Assembly (NCBI GenBank): GCA_001938485.1
Contig: MQRK01168336.1
Coordinates: 1-64,000 of the forward strand
Length of the DNA: 64,000 nucleotides
From: Girardia tigrina
Lineage: Eukaryota
Direction of reading: 5' to 3'
In this document: one piece after another, positions 52,177 through 64,000 of the stretch
How positions within the stretch are numbered: the first letter of the stretch is position 1
How the letters are laid out: each line of letters begins with the position of its first letter
The notes under the pieces: model-generated
Seen by the model: only the letters and a program-made list of their open reading frames with translations
Databases searched by the model: none
Told to the model about the DNA's origin: nothing
Program-made: the position numbers and the translations under genes

Positions 52177-52890
52177 CTGGCACCCATCGCGTTTTTCTCG
52201 AGGAAACTGAACATGGCGGAGAAAAGATATTCGAACTTCGATAGAGAGCTTCTCGCAATATATTTGTCTGTCAAGAAATTCAGACAGTATCTGGAAGGCA
52301 CCAGTTTCAAAATATTGACCGATCACAAGCCGCTGCTCTACATTCATTCAATGAAGGATCCGTCACACAGGCAATGTAGATATATTGAGTTCCTCAATCA
52401 ATTCATCTTCGAAATTCAATATATAAACGGAGCCGAAAACATTGTGGCCGATTTCCTCTCTAGAATGGACGAGCCTGGTGAGAATGAAACAAAGATCATA
52501 ACAATTACAAAGAGCGAAATCATAGCAGAACAACAAAAGGAGAAGGCGACACTACTATCTGGGAACAGTTTCAACGTTCACACGGAGGGCCTGCTCATTG
52601 ATATCACCAGCAACAAGAGAAGGAAAATTTTACCGGTCAAGTTCCGCTACCATGAATTCTTCAAACTACACGGAGTCTCACATTGTGGTGCAAATAAAAC
52701 CATTGACCTCATCCGCTCCAGATATGTCTGGCTTAAGATGAAATCTGAGATACGACGATGGACAAGGGAGTGTCACAGATGCCAAGCATACAAAATATCC
52801 AGGCACACCAAAGCGAAGCTGGGTTCATTACTGGATAGAGGACGGTTTAAAGTTATCCACATGGATATAGGCGGACCGCTTCCCAGCGTT
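52177..52890 (+). pseudogene. Gypsy RNase H-integrase (HHCC) fragment, open reading frame
   Basis: YSNFDRELLAI, ILTDHKPL, GAENIVADFLSR, LHGVSHCG...WTRECHRCQAYK, HMDIGGPLP. Confidence 0.92.
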
Positions 52891-53036
52891 GAAATATAAT
52901 TGAAAAATATATTGAAATATAATTTTAAATTTAAAATTAATATTTATTTAAAAAATTACGTATTGCATTTTTATTCAATAAATTTTAAGAAATTAAAAAT
53001 TAATATTAAAAAATTTCCCATTCGTTGTTTTTTTAG

Positions 53037-53156
53037 ATTTGAATACATAAACAAAAACTATATCGATCAAAGAAAGATGCTCTCTGAGAATTGTGGTGAA
53101 GAATCTGTTTGTGTTGTCAATAAATGTTTACATTCAAATTGTGATGCTGTTAATAA
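53037..53156 (+). CDS. Candidate orphan internal exon (120 bp, phase 2-2), Cys-rich
   Basis: Polypyrimidine TTTTTTTAG acceptor and AA|GTAAAA donor; open FEYINKNYIDQRKMLSENCGEESVCVVNKCLHSNCDAVN. Confidence 0.5.
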
Positions 53157-53214
53157 GTAAAAAAAATTAAACAAGTTAAATTTTATCTAGTTATAATTGA
53201 TAGATTATGTTGAC

Positions 53215-53730
53215 AAAAGTCTAAGTGTCTATAAACCTTTGGGGCACTTCTTTTTTGGACCTTAGTTGTTTAGCTGAGGTGCACTCGATTGCGCACAAGC
53301 CTTCACCTCTGCTCTTTACTTCCAGCCGCTCTTCAAAGAGCTTTCTTTCTTCGGTGATCACATCTATTAATTTTGGTCTACCGCCTACTATTTCTGCCAC
53401 TCTCTTCCAGTCAAAGTCATTCGTTCTCGTTTTTTTCTACATGATCTTCAGCATACTCCTGAAGCACTTCATTTATTTATGTTCTTCTGATTTAGTGACA
53501 AAATTTGTTTAGATAGAGAAATGTTACCCAGTAGAAAGTCTTAGTTACTGTTGTGGTTGCTTTTTTAGTATTAAAAGCTGTGCTAATTATTGAGCTTGTT
53601 GCAATATTAATCCTGCTTTAAATTTCTTCTTCCGTTCATCGATTCTCATGAATTCTAGATTTTAGGTATTTGAAAATCTTAACTTGCTGAAGCTTCTCTC
53701 CTTAAATGTAAATCCCAGTTTAAACTCATT
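53215..53730 (-). pseudogene. RTE-type LINE reverse transcriptase C-terminal remnant
   Basis: FKYLKS.I....TEEEI*SRINIA and MKCFRSMLKI....RTN motifs. Confidence 0.7.
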
Positions 53731-55151
53731 AATTTATTACTTTGTTACTTATATTATTATTACTTCTATTACTTATTTCAGTAAAGTTTTACGTACAAAA
53801 CGAATATTCCAATAAAGTTCTGAATTTCATAATTAAAACGTAATCTCAAGTATTAGATTTAGCTTTTGCATTTTTTCAATAATTTTAATCTTATGCTATT
53901 GTTATGCTTTCATTTTGTATTAGAATTTTCAAAAAAATCGGGACTTAATATTAAATATTTAAAATAAATTTTGTAATTTACTTTGATGTTTAAATTATCA
54001 AGTCTAAATTTTTTTATTATTTGTGAACCAAAAAAATTTCCGTTTGGTTTTGGGGAATTTCTACAATTTAAAAGTACCAAAGGTCTCTAACAAGTTCATT
54101 ATTCGTGTTTTCGTTATTTTCTTGTTAGATGTATTTGTAACATCGATTTCAGAATTCATTTTAAATCAATTTTTACATGAAATATTTTATGCAGTTTTTA
54201 ATTTGCGTCTTAAACAAACATTTTAAAATATTTTTAAATTTTTTTAAAATTTTTGAAATTACTTTATATTTAATATTCAATTATTTTTATTTTAAATATT
54301 TAATTTTTTATTCATATCCTTAACTTAATTTAAAATTTGAAATATAAATTTTTACAAATATTAATAATTTTTTTAATAGAATTCAAATTTTGACTAAAAT
54401 TATTAATTTAAAAACTATTTAATCAGATGTGTTTTGATCAACTCTTATTTCTACTAAAAATATTTTAATTCAAATTGATTTATAACGAATATTTTCAAAT
54501 TCAAATTTAAAATATTTAATTATCATTTTAAGTATTAATTTTAAATTTTGAATTTGATTTAAATTTCAAATAATTTTTTAAATTATTCAAATTTCGATCA
54601 GCGAACTTAAGATTTACTAACTCCTCTTATTTCTAAATAGCCCATGTCCCTTCAACGAATCACAGACATTCCCTTCTTCTATTTAATTTAAAAATAATCA
54701 TAACTTTCAAAGCCAAAAAGAGAGATAAAATACTAAAATATTATAGTTAAAAAATTTCCTAAGTCTGTGATATTCCAAATATTGTACGCTTTTAAAAATT
54801 GTAAAGAAATGTAAATTATAGTTCTTCAAAAGTAATTTTTAGTTTAATACATCAATATTAATCTGGATTGAAAATATTTTTTCCTAATAAATTTGACATT
54901 GTCATAAGCAAGTAATCTCTCATTGAAAAATTTTTTTATCATTTTTTACCGAATATTAATTTTTTTGTTAAAAAGTAGTTTCACTACAAAGTTTTATACA
55001 AAAAATAAATAAAAAACGTTATAGAAGAAAATTTAAAGCAATGAGTATTTCAAAGGATTAGTTGAATTATATACATATTAATAATATGTATTATTTGTAA
55101 AAAATATTTATTTTAATAAAAATAAATAAACGCCATTTAAAAATATATTTT

Positions 55152-55194
55152 GTGATAATATATTTCGACGGTTTAACCGTCATCATCAGATCAC
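55152..55194 (-). ncRNA. Minimal hammerhead ribozyme (intact core)
   Basis: GTGAT-CTGATGA-T-GACGG(ttaaa)CCGTC-GAAA-TATA-TT-ATCAC; perfect stems I and II. Confidence 0.85.
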
Positions 55195-55897
55195 TGATTA
55201 TGTTCTTTTTTATTGCTTTTATATAAGAAATGAATGATTATNNNNNNNNNNNNNNNNNNNNNNNNNNNNNNNNNNNNNNNNNNNNNNNNNNNNNNNNNNN
55301 NNACATTGATTTTAGGATCACATGATCTTATCAACAATGCTTCACACGACACTCTCTCCCAATAATTTTTAAAATGCTTGCACAAAATCTTAAAATCATT
55401 TATGCTCATATTACATTTACACATTTTTCTATGCTCAGCAATATTACTCTTTCCCCCTTTTTGACTGTGTTCTTAGACTCGTTTGCAGAGATGACGGACA
55501 GTCTCTCCGATGTATGTGGCATTGCACCTATTACATGTGTATTGATAAACAATGTCCGAACACAATCCTAAAGGAGTATGTGATTTATTGCAAAACATAT
55601 TCTCAACTTTAAATGATTGAGAAATAATTTTTAAATTTAAAATGTTATAAGAGTAATATTGCAGAGCATAAAAAAACGTGTAAATGTAATATGAGCATAA
55701 ATGATTTTAAGATTTTGTGCAAGCATTTTAAAAATTATTGGGAGAGAGTGTCATGTGAAGATAAGATCATGTGATCCAAAAATCAATGTTCAAACAGCAT
55801 TCTCAACTAATTTGTTAAGAGTTTTCGATTAGACTTACGTAAGTGATTACATAATCATTCATTTATTATATAAAAGTAATAAAAAAGAACATAATCA

Positions 55898-55940
55898 GTG
55901 ATGTGATGATGACGGTTAAACCGTCGAAATATATTATCAC
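55898..55940 (+). ncRNA. Hammerhead copy with a C3-to-G core mutation
   Basis: Same as 55152-55194 but GTGATGA instead of CTGATGA. Confidence 0.7.
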
Positions 55941-57643
55941 AAAATATATTTTTAAATGACGTTTATCTGTTTATAATAAAAAAATCGCCATCTTTTTTCA
56001 AGTTTATTTTTAATAAAAATGATTCTTAATTTCATTTCTAAGCAAAAAATAAATATCAAATAAAACTAATAGAAGTAAAGCAATCATTTAGGATTTTGTG
56101 GCTGTGACAAAACAAGAATACGCTTTAGGATACGCTAACCATTTCGCCATAAATATAAATGTTTCAAGAAAATCTTTATTGTCATAAAACTTAACCCAAT
56201 GAATAATGTCTTCAAATTGCTCAGGCAAATTCATCAGCTCAAAATCTTCTTCTTTTCAAAGAGCTTTGTATTCCAGTTATTAAATCTTAAATGGTCTCAT
56301 GAAAAGCAATCTTGAAACGAAAATTTAGTTTTCGATGCTGTCCACAGGTTTTTTAAAGACTTACTCGGGGTAGCAGAGTCATGGCGTATTTTGAGTTGTT
56401 GTTATTGGTATTGCGCGTATAATTGCAGACAAAACAAAATCGTATTAATTTTGTAACAAAAATATTCGTCCATTTAATCACAAATTTTCACAACAAAATA
56501 ATCAGCAAATCGTTGGTAAAATTCATGATAAAATAATTCAATTTGTTTTCAAATTTGACGACCAAAACACTCAAGTCATTTCGAAAAAGGATAAATAATT
56601 TAAGTTTTCGACCAATTTCAATATAATCGAATACTGAAATCGTCTTTGCGGATAAGGGAGAAGAGGATATTTGAATTATAAATAAAATAAAAATTATAAA
56701 TACAAATTTATTTGAAATTTCGAAACATTTTTTTCTTTTTTCTAACCAGTAAATTAAAAAATAGTTTATATCCATTCTTTATGATGGAAGAATACTATTC
56801 TGCCAAGAGAATATTTTGTTATCTTTGTAGAAGGGAAATTTACTATTACATTTATTAATATTATTAATATTTATTAATAAAATATTAATAATATTAGGTA
56901 TGAATAAACGCAGTAGATAAATGAATTAATTAAGGAGATAAATAAATAATCCCAGAAGATAAATTTACAGGAATTTTCATCAAATGCTGACTTGAATCCA
57001 ATAGTCGTTATCATAAACTACTGTTAATCTACTTTTGAACTACATCATTTCCAGTGATTGCTGATGTTGTAGGAGAGGATGTTTGTTTTCCCCAAAACGC
57101 ATAAAGGCTAGCTTTCCTTTATATTGTAATGAACTTTACTTTCTTCAACAATGTTTCTGCTTTAACATCAAATTGAGCTTCATTGTTTATTTCTCTCTTC
57201 ACGTATCATTTATTTCATCCTGACATGTTTTCTTATTTTTTTCTGGATATGCTAAACAATAAGCACTACATAGCGTTTGACACAGCTTGCTTTTTTCCAT
57301 TTTATACGTGTCTACAAATAAAATAAAATATAAACTGAAGTGCTTCACAAAATGAAATTTAAATCACCACAAATCAAAATAAAATAAAGAAAGAAACAAG
57401 TTTTAATTTTAAATTTAACATTATAATTAATCAATATTTAATCGATTATATAATATTTCCATTTTTAAAAAATAGATATTAAATAATATCCCAGACAATT
57501 ATTTTGAAATATGGCTACTCTACCATATTTCCCTCCACATGGTAATATTAAAACAAATTTCTTTTAAAGCTATATAATTAGCATAAATATATATATATAT
57601 AATGCAAAAAAAGGCCATTTTTGAATATTAAATTTATTCACAA

Positions 57644-57680
57644 TACAAACGCGTTTCACCATTTCGGCATCTTCAGTGCA
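57644..57680 (-). ncRNA. Minimal hammerhead ribozyme
   Basis: TGCA-CTGAAGA-T-GCCG(aaa)TGGT-GAAA-CGCG-TT-TGTA. Confidence 0.75.
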
Positions 57681-57840
57681 ATGAAATAAAGGGATTAATT
57701 GCTATTTATATAGTTGAAAACTATTACATCATACGTCTCAAAAACATTCTTTTTTTTCTTTTTTTTATAAAGCATGTTTTTGAGACGTATGACGTAATAG
57801 TTTTCAACTATATAAATAGTAATTAATCACTTTATTTCAT

Positions 57841-57877
57841 TACACTGAAGATGCCGAAATGGTGAAACGCGTTTGTA
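57841..57877 (+). ncRNA. Minimal hammerhead ribozyme
   Basis: TACA-CTGAAGA-T-GCCG(aaa)TGGT-GAAA-CGCG-TT-TGTA. Confidence 0.8.
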
Positions 57878-57964
57878 TTGGGAATAAATTTAATATTCAA
57901 AAATGGCCTTTTTTGCATTATTATTAAAAATGCCATTATCAGTTCTAGATAATATATATATATA

Positions 57965-58395
57965 CCGTCAGGTGCAAAAGTTGGTGAACGCTTGTTGTTA
58001 AATTGTCTTTTGCACCCAACTGCAATTATATTGACAAAAGCACACCAAAATACAAAGATTTTATTAGAACATTATAATAAGACACAAATTTATCAAAACT
58101 TGTCATAAATAGCACATAAACCACGAAAAACCAGTGTATAATTAGTAATTTGTGTGTTGACCCTTATTTTTGAGAACAGAACGAATTTGGTCAGACATCG
58201 AACGGCATAAGTTTTTACAATAGTCCGGGGACACTTTTTGAGTTCAAACAGTTTCTACTGAAATTTCTGCTAGCTTTGATCATGTCCATGTCATTTAAAT
58301 GGTTTATGTATACTTAACAAGGAATAAAAAAACATGCAGTGCAACAAGAAAAAGCATTATAGAAACATGCGTTCACAAACTTTTGCACCTGACTG
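57965..58395 (-). mobile_element. Tc1-derived internally deleted element
   Basis: TIR C[C/A]GTCAGGTGCAAAAGTT.GTGAACGC at both ends with TA flanks; remnant SMSDQIRSVLKNKGQHTNY*. Confidence 0.85.
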
Positions 58396-59099
58396 TATAT
58401 AAAATATATTTATAAAAACTTAAGTTAAAATTAAATTTTAAAATCTAATTTTTGGCATTTTATTAAAAAAGTTTAATTAAGTTTAAAAAAGTCATTTTAT
58501 TAAAAATAAGTTTAAAAAACTATTTTTATTAAATAAAAGTATAAAAAATCATAAATTTAACTATTCTATATACTTTAAATATTCCTTTAATTTAATTTTA
58601 AAATTTCGAAATTCTAGGAAAGGAAACATTTTCAAAATACGATTCTTAAAGGAAAAATGCTTCAGATTAGTCCCTTAATTCATATATGTAAAGATTTCTG
58701 TGTGGGAGAGATATGGTCGAGGAGCCTAAAACCAAAACACATACCAAAAATGCTCTCCATAATCTGTCATTTTGCCACCCAACCGACTCGATAAGGGAAA
58801 TTTGTTCGAGTTGTGAACCCGAAATCTCCATTCCGAATCGATCAAATTGTTGAAAATTGCGATCAATTCAGAGTCGAACTCCGAAAATCAGCACAGTTTC
58901 ACTGATTATGAAACCTGATTTAAAATGTGACTCCAATCTGCAAAAAAAACCACAGAATTTCGTTCATGGAAGATTTCAGTTGATCTTTGTGGTCTCCGTG
59001 GTTTTCCCCCTCGTTAAAATAATATTCTATAAATTCCCTGGCTGTGTTATGAAATCTCAAAACAAAAGTTTTCACTATTAATTTATTAATTTTATTGTA

Positions 59100-59462
59100 A
59101 GCGCATCATGAGACGATTTGTTGATATTTTATGATTTTTTGAATGTGATGTTACATTTCAGAATACCTCATTTCCCTTTCATCACACATCGTCACAGTCA
59201 AATGAACCCCCTCCCTCTCTTAGTACTTGATGTAGTTTATATTATTTTTTATATATTATATTATTTATATTTATTATATTTTATTAGATTTGCAACCTCC
59301 CTCCTCCTTGTCACACTTCGTCACAGAATTCTTTAACTAAATACTTCAGTATTTCGATTTGACGACACATTTACCAAACCCCTCCTCTCCCTCACGTCAC
59401 ACTTCATCACAAAATTCTGACCGCCCTCCCCCCTCCGACATGACGTCATTTATGGACGGCCT
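59100..59462 (-). mobile_element. MITE-like remnant with a Zator/Harbinger-type terminus
   Basis: GGCCGTCCATAAATGACGTCA end on the - strand; repeated TCACACTTC[G/A]TCACA subterminal motifs. Confidence 0.5.
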
Positions 59463-61494
59463 CAAACATTCCTTTTAATATACGTATTTTTATTATCATT
59501 ACTATTGTAATTTAATTGTACAGAAATATATTTAAAATTTTTAAAAAAATTATACGTTATCTGAGCCAGACAAATCGTGAATGAAAAATATTTAATTAGC
59601 GCTAAACGTTTTGAAAAATAGAAACATTTTCAATATCAAATATTTGTTTATTTAATTCGTGAAAATAACTAAAAAAACATTTTTTTAATTAAAAATAATT
59701 TCAACTTGAAAATAATTTTGAAACTGTAATTAGACAGAAATATTTCATCTCTCATTAATTTGAAAAAGAAACTTTAATAATATGAGACAGAAAAAGATTA
59801 TTTGGGAATATGGGAAATGAGGAGAAATTAGATGACGGAATGATTATATTTCTAACTTTTGGGATTCGGCTTTAATGAGATTCATTCCGGTTAATTATGC
59901 TCTAGATATCGGATATATTCAGCGCCTAAGAATACATCCTATATTACTGTTATTCCTCACATATGTAGGGAGTTTATATTATATATGAACCAAAAAGTTG
60001 TGAAATAATAATTAGTCTTTTAGTTTTAATTATGTTTTATAAGTACGTTTGGTAGCCGAAATAATGAGGTGACCTTTGATTTAGGAATGTAGATTCCCTG
60101 GAGGCTTTCAAATTATTACTTACAGTTAAACCTTGTTAATCCAATCATAAATTTTCTAAAAATTAACCTGATGATTAAATAAACCGGTTCATAAGTATAT
60201 TGATTAAAACTTCAAAGACAAAAGAAATTTATTTACGATTAAAAAATTACGAAGTTTAAGGTTTTTTTGTTTTTATACTTTCAAGTTTTAGTTTTGTTGG
60301 GTATTTAATTTAATTTTAAATATTTAATTTTTAAAACACAAATCTTTTATCTTTAATCTGATTCATATTAATCAGTGGGGACTTCCAACATAAATATATA
60401 AATAATGAACACAAATTCTTTTATGAAACTTGATTTTCAATAGCACAAAATATCACACAGCTTTACATTGTTCAAATCAATTGTATCAATAAACGTATTC
60501 ACAAACGGATAATCGATGCGAGTTTTTCAGATCACAGTTTATTAATATATAAACTATAAATCTTCTAAACGAACGATAACCGTAATTCCAAATCAAAATG
60601 AACCCTTTTCTCCAATACAGGATACTTAGTTCAATTGTTGATTTTGAAAATAAAAACAAACAGATTCATTAAAGAACAAAGTTTACTTCCTTCCGACAAG
60701 GATTTTTCATTTTCTATTTATTATGACTGAATTCATTGTTTTTTATATACTATTTTTTAATAACCTTGAAAATTGATTAGATAAAACAAATCTACAAATA
60801 TTAACAAATATTCTAAAATCTTTATTAAAATAAATATCAAAAATTATTAATTTCTTTCAGAAAATTATTTTCAATTTTTATACAAGAGATTAAGATTTTA
60901 ATTTATATTTTTGGAACCCGAATCGTTTGCATAAAGCGTTTCTTAAAAAATCTTCACAATTTCTATTCTAACCAATTTTTGGACAATCAACTTGAGATTT
61001 AAAGCTAAGCAAATTTTTAATACTCGTCTAATGACCACTAATTCGTCACAAAAAATCTTAATTGAATTCTATTTCTATTTATTTAGTATAAAATTTTTAG
61101 TAATTAATTTTTCTATAAATTTTTAATAAAATTAAAAAAAACAATAATAAAAAATAAGTTTTATTCATGCTTTTTCGTAATCTTATTGGTCTCGCATAAA
61201 TGGTTTTAAAAAAATAATTTGGACTATCAACCAATTATTAACCTAAAAAAAGAAAATAATTTTGTTTGAATAATCATAATAGAAAATCGTGATTGAATAA
61301 ATGGAACTTTAATAAATTTTGAAAACGGAGGGGGATTTTTTGTTTGTTTTGAATTAGTTGCGACTATATTCGAGCCACAAAAACTCGTTACGGCGTCATC
61401 GCATGAAACAAAATGTCTTTTAAAAACATTTGTTGAGGTACTTGTCTTCGCTGTATCTTGATCGGCGTCATAATCATCCTCCTTACCTAGAACC

Positions 61495-62763
61495 TATGGA
61501 ATTCAATCCCGGTCGTTTTTACAATCCCGGGATCCCGAAAAATTTTTTCTTCTAATACCGAGATCCCGTACTTTTGGGATTTATATATATATATATTTAT
61601 AAAATTTATAATAAGAAAATTATATAAAGAAAAACTTTGTTCCACAAATTATATATTTAATACAACTTATTTCAATTGAACACAGTTATGCACATGTTGA
61701 AAATAAAATTTCATTAAGGTAAGTTTACTAAAAGTTTAAACACAAAGTCTGGAGCGAAGCCTTGTCATAAAAAGACCACTGGTAGAGAAAGCTAACTCTG
61801 CACCAATAGTTGTAGGTAGAATTGTCATTAAGGCTTTATATAAAGATTCCAGTATTTTCTCACGATGACCAGTCGATTGATGAAAAGCCATTTCTCTTTT
61901 GATGGCGACTTTAAAATTTTCATCAGGTAGAAAATTCGATAAATCATGACACTTTTTCAGCACATCCATCAACCTTTCAGTGATAGTGAGGTTCTTTGGA
62001 GGTACTTTATTCGCAATGCTAAGTTCATCTGTCTGAGGCACCAGGTGAAGTTTCTCAGTCAATGTGGTCAGAATTTCTATAATTGGTGTGATATCAACAT
62101 TGTTTGAAGTTTGTAATTCCTGTCGAGACAAGACATTAATCGTTGACATCAGGGCGCTTTCTCGGTCTGAGATTCTTTTTTTCAATTCATTAACTAGGGC
62201 AATCGCCATGTTATTTTTTTTCTTATGGAGCTCCTCGGTAACAATTCGCTTAGTGAAAATGCTCTCCTTCCAACTGTCTTCGGTTTAAATCCATTTTGAT
62301 GGAGTCTTCAATTATAGTGGCGAAATTCATCACTCTTTGACGAATAGTATCAGATGACTTTGGAAGGTCAATTTAACGAGCTGACAATGCGATGCAAAGA
62401 TCTTTGGACATAATAAATGTATTTCAAAAAATAAAAGCAATTGTATTTTAAAGAATATAAATTGTATTTCATTTTCATAAATTGTAATTCAAAAAATATA
62501 TGCAATTGCATTTTAAAGAATAAAATTGCATTTCATTTTTAAATTGTGATTCACTGTATTACACTGTAGAAAACGTAAAAATTCAATGGTAAGAGTTATT
62601 TCACAGTTTAAAATGTTTTTTTCAAAACTCCTAAACACATTTTAAAAAGTACATAAATGTTAAAAAACAAAGAAAAATAAATTCATAACTGAATCCCTGG
62701 ATCTCGGGATTACAATGCCGAGTAAATTTCTAAAATCCCAGGATCCCAAGATTGAATTCCCTA
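61495..62763 (-). mobile_element. Internally deleted hAT transposon with a C-terminal dimerisation-domain fragment (62209-61736)
   Basis: TIR TA[T/G]GGAATTCAATC; perfect 8-bp TSD CTAGAACC (61487-61494, 62764-62771); LMTILPTTIGAELAFSTSG..MTRLRSRL. Confidence 0.93.
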
Positions 62764-62771
62764 CTAGAACC

Positions 62772-63260
62772 ATACTGAAAATCATCTCCCAAAATTTATT
62801 CTGTTTCAATTACGTTGTCAAATTTTATTAAGTGATCTGAATCTAAGTTTGATATATACTCCTGAAGACGTTCCTTAAATACAGGGTTAATTCTTTTTTT
62901 CAAGGGGCTAAATATTGGCATTATCATTGTGTATAATACTGGATTTATTGTAATGATTTTCGATTGTTGTCTCATTTTGAATGAAAATAACAGTTTGTCT
63001 TATATTAATTTGTCTTTTTTTTCATTTAAATCAACCTTTTCGATGTACCTAGAAATCATAAATTTTTGTTGTATTTTAAATGAATGAATAATACCACCAT
63101 CTATCGTTTTTAGGCTACTCATCGTATTTTCTGGAAGATATATGAGTTTCGTGTTTGAAAATGCCCTGAAGATTTTGTACGAAGGCACGCAATCCAGTAA
63201 TAAAATCGAATTGCATTTAAACTTTATCATCTCTTCACTAAAAAGTCTTTAATCACAACA
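62772..63260 (-). pseudogene. pogo/Tigger (DDE_1) transposase remnant, next to the hAT insertion
   Basis: ILLLDC.PS.....SNTKLIYLPENTMSSLKTIDGGIIHSFK. Confidence 0.8.
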
Positions 63261-64000
63261 AAGATTTTCCTCAAAGATTTAAAAATTGTACTGATGACTC
63301 ATCAGTATGGAGTAAAATGAATTTAAAGATTTTCAGAAAAATAAATAATAAATTGATTATTAAAAATAGTGTCCAAAAAACTGGCCAGATCTTCAGGTTC
63401 GGTTTCTGTCTATAAATAATAAGTAATTAGATCTAGAATAACCAGAATTTGCCAAAATCGTCCGGATGACGAATGACCGTATTATTGAAGTGAGGATTAT
63501 TAGCAGAATAACTGAATTTTACATATTTTTTATTAGTTTAATAAACCATAAAATCAATATAAAATCATTTTAAAAAATTCATACAAAATATATTTATGTT
63601 TTTGAATAAGACTTTTCTGATAAAGGTTTATTTAATTTTAAAAAAATTATGCAGTAGTAATATATTTAATGTTATTTATATTTAATATTATGAATTAGAG
63701 TTATGAGAAATATTTAATATTTTAAACATTCTATTGTATTTTTAAAAATTCTATAAATAATCTTAATCATTTGAATAATATCAATTATTCTTTTAGGAAT
63801 ATAAATTCTTTCCTCTTAAATAATAAACAAATGCAATTAGATAAGTTTTATCGTTTATAGAATTTGTTTTAATCGTTAATAATGACTTTAACAAATGTTC
63901 TTTAAACTAAAATTTATTTTTAATGTTTAAAAATCTTTTACATTTTACATATTTCATTATTAATTTAACTGTTTCAAAAGATCGTACAAAAATAGCGAGA

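Larger units (their letters stand above)
55126..55995. mobile_element. Penelope-like element remnant with inverted pseudo-LTRs
   Basis: Arms ~55126-55451 and ~55649-55967 are reverse complements; the - strand encodes IVYQYTCNRCNATYIGETVRHLCKRV*EH...EALLIRSCDPKIN (GIY-YIG). Confidence 0.92.
57600..57951. mobile_element. Non-coding palindromic PLE-type unit carrying two opposed hammerheads, embedded in (AT)n
   Basis: Arms 57600-57752 and 57769-57920 are near-perfect reverse complements with a T-rich spacer; ~30-nt unpaired tail; (AT)n on both sides. Confidence 0.85.

Noticed and set aside
56085-56430. Possible host exon after the TTTAG at ~56090
   Set aside because: + frames close quickly; the - strand looks more like a decayed hAT-type transposase remnant, too degenerate to call
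63290-63325. CTGATGA-CTC...GAG-TAAA hammerhead-like motif
   Set aside because: GAAA is absent and there is no stem I/III or PLE context

Overview
This is very AT-rich animal genomic DNA with several N-gaps and long introns. The repeat content would suit a triclad flatworm, but that is inference only. One host gene is well supported: a secreted somatomedin-B + thrombospondin type-1 (SBSPON-like) gene on +, whose first two exons (14450-14693, 33955-34173) splice in frame across a ~19.3 kb intron full of transposons. The rest is mostly decayed mobile DNA. It includes Ty3/Gypsy elements and a recurring solo-LTR family, a MULE with tandem-repeat TIRs and a 9-bp TSD, mariner/Tc1/pogo/hAT/piggyBac/Helitron copies and MITEs, RTE- and R2-like LINE fragments, an isolated PMCA Ca2+-ATPase pseudogene fragment, and many Penelope-like (PLE) ends with minimal hammerhead ribozymes. 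Four signals stand out: (i) palindromic double-hammerhead units in (AT)n with a shared downstream hairpin; (ii) a co-oriented chain of RTE/R2-like/PLE fragments suggesting template jumping; (iii) a Gypsy element whose LTR appears to start inside the integrase ORF; and (iv) a 21-bp tandem array of RFX X-box motifs. All calls come from reading the sequence by eye, with no database searches.
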